Shown: positions 8,149-18,001, numbered from the stretch's first letter. The stretch: 20,863 nucleotides of DNA from Fimbriimonadales bacterium (GCA_041744215.1 JBGTLG010000027.1:1-20863); one strand, 5' to 3'. Made by a program: numbers and translations. The notes: generated by a model not told the origin, from the letters alone.

Positions 8149-8432
8149 GGCTTATGCTTCCCGATCCGCTTCGCGCTTGTCAACCCGGAGATTGAGTTTA
8201 TCGCACATTTTGTGCAAGAGGGCTCTATTGCGTTATCAACGAGGCTAGCCTGTCTCACTTCGTACTCTTCCAAGCTGGTTCTTAGAATGCGCTTTCTTTG
8301 GCCGCGATAAAACCATCGGACTTCTTTGTCCTTTATGAGGCCGTAGATATGATCTCTCGAAGATCGAATGTATCGTGCGGCTTCCGAAACACTAAGCGAC
8401 GAGCACTCATTGAGTGGTGTTCGGATTTTCAT
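8145..8432 (-). CDS. Excisionase-like HTH DNA-binding protein (95 aa; start revised to ATG 8432)
   Basis: LSVSEAARYIRSSRDHIYGLIKDKEV...RKRILRTSLEEY pattern; ATGA overlaps with both neighbours. Confidence 0.85.
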   Translation of the reverse strand: MKIRTPLNECSSLSVSEAARYIRSSRDHIYGLIKDKEVRWFYRGQRKRILRTSLEEYEVRQASLVDNAIEPSCTKCAINSISGLTSAKRIGKHKP

Positions 8433-8974
8433 CGGTCTCCTCGCTGTGACTTTTGGTGTTGGCGCCCCTGCACCCAAGTTGCCAAGGCCTTGAGTGAAGA
8501 ACATGAGAGCCGCAAGCTAATCTGTGTAACCGATCGCAGGGCCCGAAATGTGAAGCGCCAGACAGAGTCTCGTTGTTTGGGAAAAGCCAGCGACACAAAG
8601 CCAACAATCAGCAACGCCAAGACGAGAAGGCGAAAAGCTTCAGCCAAGAATGTCTCGACGCCAAACCCGGCAACAAACTCAAACAAGAGAGTGATGACTG
8701 AGAAAGCAACTGCGGATATCCTCCCAGCGTTATGGACTGCGGTTTTCAGGATGAGCAACGCCACGCTCCACGCGAGCAACAGGGCTATCGTGCGCAAATT
8801 AAGCGATCTGGCAGTATCAGTCAACTCATCGCTACCGCAACGTAAACAGATATCAGTCTTAGCTGGGTTTAGATGCCGCTTCGAGCACAGGCTGCCCCCG
8901 AATGACTTGCCGCAATGACCACAGTAAAGCGATCCGGCGGGCCAGAGCTTGCGACAACGAACGCAGAGGATCAC
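8429..8974 (-). CDS. Double zinc-ribbon protein with C-terminal TM helices
   Basis: CVRC...CGHC...CSKRH...CLRC followed by 3 hydrophobic segments; GTGA overlap with the upstream gene. Confidence 0.75.
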   Translation of the reverse strand: MILCVRCRKLWPAGSLYCGHCGKSFGGSLCSKRHLNPAKTDICLRCGSDELTDTARSLNLRTIALLLAWSVALLILKTAVHNAGRISAVAFSVITLLFEFVAGFGVETFLAEAFRLLVLALLIVGFVSLAFPKQRDSVWRFTFRALRSVTQISLRLSCSSLKALATWVQGRQHQKSQRGDR

Positions 8975-9813
8975 CGTTGCCCTCCTTTGGCGGTAACAGG
9001 GAACAGTTCCTGAATTCGTCTATCGTGTCGACGCCAGATTGGCGCGTCTACTCCGACGGCTGCCAGTTGGCCAAAGGTCGTTCCAAGACATCGGCAATCG
9101 GACTTGCGGGTTAGTCCCAACAGATAGTCTAGCCGACGCACATTATTTGTAATGAAGAGCAGGGTAAAGCTGTCACTTCCGTAAGTGTCTTGGAAGACGC
9201 AGTCCATGTAGCGCTCGTACGATTCGAGTTTAGCGATCAGCTTGGATTTTGAGACGTTACCGAGATCGACTTCGATAAACGCATCAGCGGACCTGCTTTG
9301 GCAAGAAACTCGAATGAAAGCATCCGGCTTTAGAATGTGGTAAGCCCAGGACTTATCTCGGCGCTCGGAGTATTCGTGTCGGCAAAGCGATTCGGGTAGC
9401 CAGGCTTCCATCGTCAGTTGCGCCGAGCAGACAAAGGCACACCGCACATCGACAATACGAAGCGTGTGCTCATGCAGGGATTTCGACGGGCCTTGCCTAA
9501 GGAGTTTGCAAAGCTCGCGCTTGGTTATTGCGTTTCCGTCATCGAGTAGTGGTTCCGCTTTCGTTCCAACTCGAAAAACGGAGTGCTGACCCGAGACGTA
9601 ATGGACGGCCGGTTCCCGGTGCATTAGCCGAGCGGCAACAAGCTTGGCGAGCCTGCGGTTGGCGCGGTTTGACGTTGAGAAGTACCCAAGCCGAAGTATC
9701 TGAAGGCTCGACATCAACTTATGTGCGAAGATGTCGTTTAGCAGCCGAACGTCGCGCTCGGTCAACCGAAGCGAAGAGTCTCTCTTACTGTCGGAGTTTT
9801 GGTTTGCGCACAT
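8971..9813 (-). CDS. Replication-relaxation (Replic_Relax)-like protein, wHTH plus PD-(D/E)XK-type domain
   Basis: RLTERD..LL...LQI, RRLAKL, HEHTL, KPDA, FIEVDLGN and KLESYERY motifs. Confidence 0.82.
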   Translation of the reverse strand: MCANQNSDSKRDSSLRLTERDVRLLNDIFAHKLMSSLQILRLGYFSTSNRANRRLAKLVAARLMHREPAVHYVSGQHSVFRVGTKAEPLLDDGNAITKRELCKLLRQGPSKSLHEHTLRIVDVRCAFVCSAQLTMEAWLPESLCRHEYSERRDKSWAYHILKPDAFIRVSCQSRSADAFIEVDLGNVSKSKLIAKLESYERYMDCVFQDTYGSDSFTLLFITNNVRRLDYLLGLTRKSDCRCLGTTFGQLAAVGVDAPIWRRHDRRIQELFPVTAKGGQR

Positions 9814-11185
9814 GACGCACCTCCGTGTGACGCCTGGGATCGTCTGTCTGTGTTTCCGCTTCCGGAGTTACCCAACGCTTGAGAATTTGCCGGCGCAGGA
9901 TGCGAGTATCGCCACCAGCCGGCTCAGATGCCAAAACGGTGCGGACTCTCCTGGCCTTGTGGGAGCGAACGACGAGAAACGCTTCACCGACCGGGAGGCT
10001 AAGAAGAGCCTCGTTCACCGCATCGCGTTTGCCTTGTCCGTGAATTTCGCTGGACAGCGCGGTAGCATCGCTAAGACCCGTCTGAAAAAAGACCTGAGTA
10101 TGAACGTTGTTGCGAACAACCTCCTTGAGCTTCGCAGGTAGCTGAGATAGATTTTGATGGGAGAGCACGAGCGACAAGCCGAAACGCCGACCTTCGGCAA
10201 TGATTGTTTCAAAAGATTCCGATGCCATCGTCTCGAATTCGTCGACCACAAGATGAACTTTGGATCTCTGGCTTTCCGGGTCGTCGGCTTTGGAGAGCGC
10301 CGCGCATTCGATCGCGGCGACAAGCAAACTACCGAGTAGCTCTGCCGCGCCGTGTAATCGGTGAGCGGCCAGGGCGACAAGGAAGACTCGGCCCGGGTAC
10401 TGAAGCAAACTGCGAAGATCTATTGATTGCTTTGCCTCCAGAACACGGCGCACAATCGGAACCGACAGATAAGGCGTTACCTTGTTGAGAGCCGCTCCGA
10501 CCCACAGAGACTGCTTTTCGGCAGACAGTTGTTCGTAACGCTCGAAAAACGATAGCACCAACGAATCATCGCAACTCTTCAGCGCTCGGCGACGAAAGAC
10601 TTTGTCGACGAGCAATCTCTCTAGATCAATCAAAGCTAAACTGGCGCAGGCAAGCGCGACCAATGCGTTCCGAAGCGATTCTTCGATCTGGACGCCCCAA
10701 GACTCGCTGTGGCGCCGAAGAATGCCGAGCACATGAAGCGCATTGGTGTGCGGATCGCCGCCACCAGAGAGAGGATTGAAGCCGACGATAAGCTCCCGTT
10801 CCCTTAGGTCCAAAAGGCAGAGCCGTTCAACGGCGTCGTTTTCGGAGATGTTGTCGGCAATCCGCGAGAGAATCTGGTCAATCAAATCGCCTCTAAGATC
10901 GATGACGCACACACTTTGACCGTTAGCGACCAGATGATCGATTAAACGCAACAGAAGATTCGTCTTGCCCGATCCCGTCGCGCCGAGAACGTAGAAGTGT
11001 CTTGCCAAGTCGTCGGGCAGTAGATAGATTTCCTCGTGCGGTTCTTTGCAATCGTGACCGAGCAAGAAACGACCTTCGGGGAAATCGGCTTTACTACTAG
11101 GCGCACTGCGTCGCGGATACAAGAAGCCAGTAGCATCCGATATCCTGATTAGCGCGTCTTCCACGATTTCGACTAGCGGTCTCAT
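9785..11185 (-). CDS. VirD4/TraD/HerA-like P-loop ATPase (type IV coupling-protein-like, 466 aa; start revised to ATG 11185)
   Basis: RHFYVLGATGSGKT (Walker A), VIDLRGDL, GFNPL, LVVDEF (Walker B), EGRRFGLSLVLSHQNLSQL; SD GGAGGG and ATGA overlap. Confidence 0.88.
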   Translation of the reverse strand: MRPLVEIVEDALIRISDATGFLYPRRSAPSSKADFPEGRFLLGHDCKEPHEEIYLLPDDLARHFYVLGATGSGKTNLLLRLIDHLVANGQSVCVIDLRGDLIDQILSRIADNISENDAVERLCLLDLRERELIVGFNPLSGGGDPHTNALHVLGILRRHSESWGVQIEESLRNALVALACASLALIDLERLLVDKVFRRRALKSCDDSLVLSFFERYEQLSAEKQSLWVGAALNKVTPYLSVPIVRRVLEAKQSIDLRSLLQYPGRVFLVALAAHRLHGAAELLGSLLVAAIECAALSKADDPESQRSKVHLVVDEFETMASESFETIIAEGRRFGLSLVLSHQNLSQLPAKLKEVVRNNVHTQVFFQTGLSDATALSSEIHGQGKRDAVNEALLSLPVGEAFLVVRSHKARRVRTVLASEPAGGDTRILRRQILKRWVTPEAETQTDDPRRHTEVRHVRKPKLRQ

Positions 11186-12465
11186 CGTGCCCTCCAAAGT
11201 TCGGCAAGCCGTGATCTTTGATGGCTGCGACCCGAAGAATTGCGATCCGGTAGCGTCTCGGTGATTGCATCCTCTGCAGCGAAGCTCGCGGCGGCCGCAT
11301 CGCTCTGACAATCCTCAAGGCGACGCTTGTCCGCAAGCGGGAGGTCGTCGTCAAGACTGGCTTCAAGCTCGGCGATTCTGTAGGCAAGCTCGGTGCGTCG
11401 AACGTGTAAAATGTACGCTTGCCTATGAGAGGCCGCAGCTTCGGCAAACTGCTCGGAGAGAAGAAACGTTTGCCGTTGCTCGGTTTTGGCGCGAAGAACG
11501 GCAACTTGACGTGCCGACTCAATGCCGCCGAAGAATCCGACCGACAGATAACAGGCGACAACCGGCAACGCCAAAACGAACGAAACGATAGATAGCTCCG
11601 TTTTCGAGAGCGAGAACGAGCGCAAACTGTTCTCTTCGGTTAGCGTCCGAAGCAGTCCGAGCTGCTCGACTTTGGCCTCTATCAAAAGAAAAGCGGCTGC
11701 CAAAGCGATAAGAACGATACAGACAGCAACGAGTAAGGCGTTAGAAACTCGTAAGGACCCGATTGCTTTCAGCTCGGCGCGAAAGCCAACGTATTCGGCG
11801 ACCGGAGTAAGCGCTGCTCCAATCAGGTAGATCACTGCCATGCCCAACGCCGCAAAGAGGATCAGTTGCAGATAGTCTAGCGAGAGATCGGAGAGAGTTA
11901 GTCCAGAAACGAGCAAGCCGAGACTAACGCCAAAGAGCGTTCCTCCTCCGAACACGGCCACCAGCTTCGCCAAAGCGTTACTAAGTTTGCTCTTTGGCTT
12001 CGGCAACGGGATACCGAGAAGCCCGGCAGCCGAGTAGTCGCTTAGCGGCTCGTCGTCTGCAAAGTCGAGCCGGGGTTCTTTACATCGGAGCTTAATGCCA
12101 ACTTTGGACGCTTTCGCTGCGGCTTCGGGCAACTGCTCTTCGAATCTATGATCAAGCTCCTTTAGATTGCGCTTACACTCATCAATTCTCTTCCCCACTT
12201 CGAGTTGCCTTCCTTCCTGTTTTGCTCTTAGCTCTGTCTCCAGCTGATCGCACTTTTCCTCGTGAGCGATAGCTGCGGCGGCTCTGAGGGCAGGAAAAGC
12301 GGTAACTGCATTCTCGGGCGATTCGCTAAGACGCTTTGTAAAACCCAAAAGCGCCTGCGGGTCGGCGGTGATAAGCGGGCGCATGGAGCAGAGCTTGCGC
12401 GGCAAGGCGTCGCCGTTTTCGTCGCGGCGTCTCGGAACAATGTTCGAGAAAACCCAGTTCATCAT
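11182..12465 (-). CDS. Hypothetical membrane protein (coiled coil, ~4 TM helices, coiled coil)
   Basis: 427-aa ORF with SD GAAGGAG and ATGA overlaps at both ends. Confidence 0.75.
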   Translation of the reverse strand: MMNWVFSNIVPRRRDENGDALPRKLCSMRPLITADPQALLGFTKRLSESPENAVTAFPALRAAAAIAHEEKCDQLETELRAKQEGRQLEVGKRIDECKRNLKELDHRFEEQLPEAAAKASKVGIKLRCKEPRLDFADDEPLSDYSAAGLLGIPLPKPKSKLSNALAKLVAVFGGGTLFGVSLGLLVSGLTLSDLSLDYLQLILFAALGMAVIYLIGAALTPVAEYVGFRAELKAIGSLRVSNALLVAVCIVLIALAAAFLLIEAKVEQLGLLRTLTEENSLRSFSLSKTELSIVSFVLALPVVACYLSVGFFGGIESARQVAVLRAKTEQRQTFLLSEQFAEAAASHRQAYILHVRRTELAYRIAELEASLDDDLPLADKRRLEDCQSDAAAASFAAEDAITETLPDRNSSGRSHQRSRLAELWRAR

Positions 12466-12557
12466 CGAACTCCTTCCAGGGTCAGAGCAGACTCGGCGTC
12501 GCGAAAGCCTCGTATCGAAGCGCGCTCACCGAGAAGCTTCAGTAGGTCCGTCCACTG
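12462..12557 (-). pseudogene. 3' remnant of the upstream gene of the element operon
   Basis: ...QWTDLLKLLGERASIRGFRDAESALTLEGVR* ends in an ATGA overlap with the 427-aa gene; further upstream it becomes antisense to the TPR gene. Confidence 0.45.
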
Positions 12558-13579
12558 GCTACGACACATCACCCGAAGGGCAAGCCAAAAAGCACGAGCG
12601 GAACGTGAGGCTGCTAATGCTCGACCTAAAAGAACGACCGGACCATCCCTTCGTCCACTTTTGCATCGGGATGGAATACCATTACAACCACGAGCACGAG
12701 CAAGCAATCCAGCACCTGATCCGCTCCATTAAACTATCCGGAAGCGGCGACACGATTCTTCGTAAGACTTGGGCGTTGCTGGCTGGATCGCTGGAAGCAC
12801 TCGGCAAAATCGATGATGCCCTCGAAGCCTACCGGAAAGGAATTGTGGCGGTCGGCAATGATCCCGACCTCTGTTTTGGGAGGGCGAAACTCCTCGATGC
12901 ACTCGGGAGAAAAGAGGAAGCGATCGCGAACTACTTCCGCGCCACTCAGGCGGATATCTCGGAGCACTTCTCGAGCTTCGACATTGGCATCGTCAACTAC
13001 AAGTCGTACCACAACCTCGGCAACATCTTCCTCGAACTCGGTAGATATGATGAGGCGAGAGAGGTCTGGCAGAAGGCGATGCAGGCGAACCTCTCCGAGA
13101 TCGGTTCCGCGCTCCCGCTGTTTCAAGCAGCTCTCCAACAAAAGGACTACGCAACCGCGAAGGAGTGCAAGGATCGCATCTTCCATGTCGCTGGCTTAGG
13201 AGAGAGCTTCTGCGTTGCCGAAGCCAACTGGCTCAATTCAATACAGGGCCCTGGCGCTGGCCTTGTGGCTCTTCAGCAGATCGCGCAGACGCACCAAACC
13301 GAGGGATCGATGCTGGTCCTCTGCCGCGAGCTCCTCGGGAGAGGTATGGAACGCGAGGCCGTTCCCTGGTTGCTTCGACTAAACGAGCTGGACGTAGCCG
13401 AGGCCGCGTTCCTGCTCGGCAGCATCGAGACCCAACAGGGAAACCATGAAGCGGCGCTGGCCTGGATGCACCGGGCACAACACCTTAACCCGGATCACGA
13501 GCCGACAGCGCGTCTCGTAGCGGCTCTCGAATCGAGGACATTGGCACCCGGCCCCGATCCTCCACGTCTAATGAGCTAG
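12551..13579 (+). pseudogene. 5'-truncated GT2-family glycosyltransferase/TPR protein (GT2 tail and TPR array only)
   Basis: GYDTSPEGQAKKHERNVRLL...PDHPFVHFCIG resembles the HxGY...KxERNxxLL end of GT2-TPR proteins, followed by several TPRs. No DxD domain and no credible start; the track start at 12368 lies within the opposite-strand gene. Confidence 0.7.
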
Positions 13580-13583
13580 CTGC

Positions 13584-13946
13584 ATGTACTCCGAAACAGT
13601 CCACGACCACGTCGGTAAGCCCCGTAACATCGGGCCGCCGGAGGGTCACACGCACGAAGGCACCTTCGGCACACCCGGTGAGGGACCGTACATTCGGATT
13701 TTTCTCAAAATTAGCGGAACCAAAATCGCTAAAGTCGGTTATCATACATATGGATGTCCTGCGGCGATAGCCTCAGCGAGCGTCCTCTGTGAAATGGTAG
13801 TCGGTCTGGACGTCAAGGACGCCGCCCGAATCGATGAAGAACAAGTGATAGGGGCCCTGGGAGGTCTCCCGGATGGGAAACGGAACCGGGCCGCAGAAGC
13901 CGTGGCCGCCCTCAAGGCGGCACTGGAGAGCGAACGAAATGCCTGA
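13584..13946 (+). CDS. IscU/NifU-N-like protein with degenerate Fe-S ligands
   Basis: MYSETVHDH..KPRNIG, TYGCPAAIASAS, LGGLPDGK and ALKAAL align with IscU, but the first and third Cys are absent. Confidence 0.85.
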   Translation: MYSETVHDHVGKPRNIGPPEGHTHEGTFGTPGEGPYIRIFLKISGTKIAKVGYHTYGCPAAIASASVLCEMVVGLDVKDAARIDEEQVIGALGGLPDGKRNRAAEAVAALKAALESERNA

Positions 13947-14166
13947 TACGCGACCGGTTTGCGTACCCGTAACAGACGGAGATGGCGGCGACCCGTGTGA
14001 CCCGAGTTGTCCAGGGGCCGACTCTGAAACGGCGATGTGCGTCTTCGGAAGGGCGAACAACCTACCTATATGGGTTCCTGTTTCAGCGGGCATCGCCCTC
14101 CTAAGCTCCGGTCAGGGGTTTTCCCCGTGTCCGTGGCCAAACAACAGTTCGATCGTAGAGGGTTAG
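13939..14166 (+). CDS. Small Cys/Pro/Asp-rich hypothetical protein (75 aa)
   Basis: SD GGAGAG at 13925-13930; ATG overlaps the end of the IscU-like gene; 5 Cys; fills the gap before the RHS SD. Confidence 0.55.
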   Translation: MPDTRPVCVPVTDGDGGDPCDPSCPGADSETAMCVFGRANNLPIWVPVSAGIALLSSGQGFSPCPWPNNSSIVEG

Positions 14167-14188
14167 AAGGAGAACTGGAGGAACAGCG

Positions 14189-17100
14189 TTGGAAAAGATT
14201 TACATTCCCTCCCCTGACGAAGCAGCGAATGCACTTGCGCACGAAAACTCAAGTCGGCACCCATACCGGCCAACGCCGAATCCGGTAACCGGGGAGTTGA
14301 TAGTTGACCCTGAGATCGTACTCAAAGCAAAGAATTACAACTTAGCGATTTCTTTCTTTTATTCTTCGCTCAGCCAACTCAACAGGGAGTACGGTGTGGG
14401 ACGAGCTGCGAGTGTTCGGGGTTACGTGATGTCGAACGTTTTCCATCCTGAGATTCCCGGCTCCGGCCAAGACGTTCACATCGTTCGCGGCGATTTCTCG
14501 ATGCACAACTATCAGAAAGTTGGAACAACGGGCAGCGTCACGACTTATGTTGCTGATTCCGCGGGAACCGTTTCCACGCTCAGTTACGACTCCACCGCCA
14601 ACGAATTCACCGAGTACTTCACCAATGGCCGTAAGTTCCTTTACGAAGACCAAGCAGACATTACTGTTTCAGGATACGATAAACATGAGCTTATTCGAAT
14701 TGAGGACGCTAATGGTATTGTGCAAACTTACGCCTACGCAGCCGGTGATGAAAACGGCCTTCTAAAAACCATCGAAGTCTACGGCGGACGCAAAGTCACG
14801 TTTGTCTACCAAGCTGCGGGAGGCAGCACGTCACTTCTTAACTACATCGAAGACTGGGGAGGAAGAAGAACTACGTTTCAATACGACAACAACCGCTGCA
14901 TGACAACGATGACTTCGCCACTCGGCTGCGTCACGCAATACGGCTACATCTCGGGCGGTCAGGCAGGATTCCTGTTGGAGACAATTCAAGATCCGAGGGG
15001 CTTTGTCACAACCTATGCCTACGACAACCAATGGAGGGTCGTCAGTATGGCTGCCGGTTCTGCAGTTTTTACATGGGTCTATGCTTCAAACGCGAATCGA
15101 ACGACGCTAATGTGGCCGACAGGGGCGGTCGTCACCTACAACTTTGACAATGAAGGCAACGTGGCAACGGAAGACAAGCCTGAAGGATACAGAGTTACGT
15201 ACGCTTACCAAAACCGGCTGCGAACAAAGATTGAGCTTCCGGCTGGAGTTATCTCAAGCCTCGCATACAATCAATCGCTCTGGCTCGTGGAGAAATCCGA
15301 TGACGCACTCGGTAACCGGACGACGTTTCAATACGATTCCTTCGGCAACCTCACCACGCTGGTGAACGGACTCGGAGAGGTAACCACCTTCGGTTACGAC
15401 GGCTCCGGTTCGACACACCGCAGAATCCGCATAACCGATCCCTTGGGCCGCGTAACCAGCTACGTCTACGACACTGACGGCCAGGTCGTCTCGATGATCG
15501 ATCCCCGTACGCTAACCACCCACTACAAATACGACACCTGGGGAAACGTCGCATCCATGGTGGATTCCCGGGGCGGGATCACAACCTACGAATACGATGT
15601 CCTCAACAGATTGACGACGGTCACCGACCCGTTAGCCCGCGTCACCACTTTCGCCTATGACGCTGGGGATCATCAGGTTGAGGTCACCAATCCGCTCGGC
15701 GAGAGATCCCAATACATCTACGACGGCTGCCTACTCCAAGCCGCCGTCGATCCTCTCGGGAATCGGACCACCTACGCCTACGGCCGGTATGACAACCGCA
15801 CATCGGTCAAAGACGCTTTGGGCAACATCACGACGTACGCCTACGACAACATGGGTTACCTGACGACGGTGACCGACGCGCTCGGCAACTCTTCCAAGAT
15901 CGCCTACAACAACGCCAAGCAGAAGATTGCCGACGTCGACCAGCTTGGAAACAGAACGACCTATGCCTATGACGGCAGCGGGCGGCTCGGCTCAGTGATG
16001 GATGCGAGAAACAACGTCACCACCAACGCCTACAACGCCAGGAGCGACGTGACCACTGTGACCAACGCTGTCGGCAACACGATGGTCTACGAATACGACG
16101 CTCTCGGGCGGCAAGTGTCGGTGAAGAGCGCGCTCGGCCAAGCCTCGACGACGGTCTACGACACGGTCGGGCAAGTCTCCGCCACCGTCGATCCGCTCAC
16201 CAATCGGACGACGTTCCAGTACGACGGCTCCGGTAACCGCACCACCGTCATCGACGCCAACGACAAAATCACGAGTTACATCTACCCGGCAGACTCGAAC
16301 CTTTTGGCGACAATGATAGACGCCAATGGCAAGACAACCACCTACCTCTACGACGCGGCCGGGCAGCAAACGACTATCACCGACGCACGAGGCAACTCGA
16401 CCGGATACATCTACGATCTCGCGGGAAGAACGAAGGCGGTCCGGGATGCTCTTAGCGGACTCGTCACCTACGGCTACGATGCCGCAGGCAGAACGATAAC
16501 GGTCATCGACCAACTCAGCAGAATCTCGACATCGCTCTATGACGCGGTCGGTAGGGTTACCACAAGCATCACCCCGCTGGGTAACGTCTCGACCTACGCC
16601 TACGATGCGGTCGGCAGGCAGATACGGATGACAGACCAGCTCGGCAACAGTTCGGAAAGCGTCTACGACGATGCGGGGCGCCTCAAGGCCAGTGTGAACC
16701 CACTCGGCCACCGCACGACGTATTCTTATGACACCGTCGGCAATCAGGTCACGGTTATGGACGCGAGGAACAACATCCAGACGACGGTTTTCGACGCCGT
16801 AAACCGAGTCTCGGCGAGCGTCGATGCACTCGGGAACCGCACGACCTATCTCTACGACTCAGCTGGCCGCAACACCACGCTGGTCGACGCCAGAACCAAC
16901 ACGATCGTATTCGGCTACACAGCCCGGGGCGAGCTGCTTTTCGAGAAAGACCAACTCGACCGCATCACAACCTACTCTTATGACAACGTCGGGAGGTTGA
17001 CGGCGAAGTTGCGACTCCCGGTCGGTGCATTGGGGTCGCCGACAAGCTACGGTTATGACAATGTAGGCAGACTCGTAACCACCTTGTATCCCGACTCCAC

Positions 17101-18001
17101 ACGCGTGACATATCAGTACGATTCCGTCGGAAATCGAACGACGATGGTCGACACGATTGGCACGACGACCTATGTTTATGACGCCTTGAACCGATTGACA
17201 GGCAAGACCGACCCAGGCTCATTGGTGCAAAGCTACGAATACGACGCGGCATCGCAGAGGAAGAAGCTGGTAGATCCCGACAACGGGGTGATGACGTTCA
17301 GTTATGATATCGACGGGCGTCTTGTGTCGTTCACAGATCCTGCGGCCAACGTCACGACGTATGGCTACGACGGAGCGGGCCGCCGCACGCAAGCAGCGTA
17401 CATTTCCGCACTCTTGCGCGAATGGGCCTACGATCCTGCGAGTCAGCTCATAACGATCGACGACATCGACTCTCAATCGGCCGATCCGTTGCAGCGTTTC
17501 GATTTCGCATATGATCCGGCTGGCAATCGGAACGCGATCATCGACTCGAACGGTGCCCACACGACGTACGTCTATGACGCCAAGAACCGGTTGACCCAAG
17601 ACCATACGACCGGCACCAACGCACACATCTACGACTACTCCTACGACGGAAACGACAACCGTTTGACTTCGAACGAGACGGGTGAAGTGACGACTTTCGC
17701 CTACGGACCGTCTAACCAGTTGGCGACCAGCGTCAATTCCGCCGGGATCACGACATACGTGTATGACTTCAACGGGAACCTGACCCGCGTGCAGGAACCC
17801 ACGAACAGCGCGCGAGCAACCATGACCTATGATAATGAAGACCGGCTCAAACTGCATAGGTATTGGGAAACTGGCATGGGCAGCGAGCAAGTCACGACGT
17901 ATGTATATGAAGGCGGCGGATTGAAGAGAGTCGAGATCGTTGACGGCGCAGTAACGACGATTGTTTGGGATGGAGACGAGTATCTCGGAGAGGTGCAGTA
18001 G
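14189..18001 (+). CDS. RHS/YD-repeat barrel protein (DUF6531-like N-terminus) lacking the RHS-associated core
   Basis: SD GGAGGA and TTG start; PNPVTGEL...FFYSS...YGVG motif; dozens of YD repeats (DxLGNRTTYxYD); ends at WDGDEYLGEVQ*. Confidence 0.93.
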   Translation: MEKIYIPSPDEAANALAHENSSRHPYRPTPNPVTGELIVDPEIVLKAKNYNLAISFFYSSLSQLNREYGVGRAASVRGYVMSNVFHPEIPGSGQDVHIVRGDFSMHNYQKVGTTGSVTTYVADSAGTVSTLSYDSTANEFTEYFTNGRKFLYEDQADITVSGYDKHELIRIEDANGIVQTYAYAAGDENGLLKTIEVYGGRKVTFVYQAAGGSTSLLNYIEDWGGRRTTFQYDNNRCMTTMTSPLGCVTQYGYISGGQAGFLLETIQDPRGFVTTYAYDNQWRVVSMAAGSAVFTWVYASNANRTTLMWPTGAVVTYNFDNEGNVATEDKPEGYRVTYAYQNRLRTKIELPAGVISSLAYNQSLWLVEKSDDALGNRTTFQYDSFGNLTTLVNGLGEVTTFGYDGSGSTHRRIRITDPLGRVTSYVYDTDGQVVSMIDPRTLTTHYKYDTWGNVASMVDSRGGITTYEYDVLNRLTTVTDPLARVTTFAYDAGDHQVEVTNPLGERSQYIYDGCLLQAAVDPLGNRTTYAYGRYDNRTSVKDALGNITTYAYDNMGYLTTVTDALGNSSKIAYNNAKQKIADVDQLGNRTTYAYDGSGRLGSVMDARNNVTTNAYNARSDVTTVTNAVGNTMVYEYDALGRQVSVKSALGQASTTVYDTVGQVSATVDPLTNRTTFQYDGSGNRTTVIDANDKITSYIYPADSNLLATMIDANGKTTTYLYDAAGQQTTITDARGNSTGYIYDLAGRTKAVRDALSGLVTYGYDAAGRTITVIDQLSRISTSLYDAVGRVTTSITPLGNVSTYAYDAVGRQIRMTDQLGNSSESVYDDAGRLKASVNPLGHRTTYSYDTVGNQVTVMDARNNIQTTVFDAVNRVSASVDALGNRTTYLYDSAGRNTTLVDARTNTIVFGYTARGELLFEKDQLDRITTYSYDNVGRLTAKLRLPVGALGSPTSYGYDNVGRLVTTLYPDSTRVTYQYDSVGNRTTMVDTIGTTTYVYDALNRLTGKTDPGSLVQSYEYDAASQRKKLVDPDNGVMTFSYDIDGRLVSFTDPAANVTTYGYDGAGRRTQAAYISALLREWAYDPASQLITIDDIDSQSADPLQRFDFAYDPAGNRNAIIDSNGAHTTYVYDAKNRLTQDHTTGTNAHIYDYSYDGNDNRLTSNETGEVTTFAYGPSNQLATSVNSAGITTYVYDFNGNLTRVQEPTNSARATMTYDNEDRLKLHRYWETGMGSEQVTTYVYEGGGLKRVEIVDGAVTTIVWDGDEYLGEVQ

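Larger units (their letters stand above)
6930..12555 (-). mobile_element. tRNA-Gly-integrated element (IME/ICE-like); distal att site not found in the window
   Basis: Integrase, excisionase, Replic_Relax-like protein and coupling-protein-like ATPase lie directly 3' of a tRNA gene. Confidence 0.85.

Noticed and set aside
12368-12550. Track start of the 403-aa TPR ORF
   Set aside because: Overlaps opposite-strand element genes, has no SD, and family-like sequence begins only near 12551.
15992-17890. Long minus-strand ORFs (239 aa, 223 aa) within the RHS gene
   Set aside because: Antisense shadows expected from biased codon use in YD repeats.
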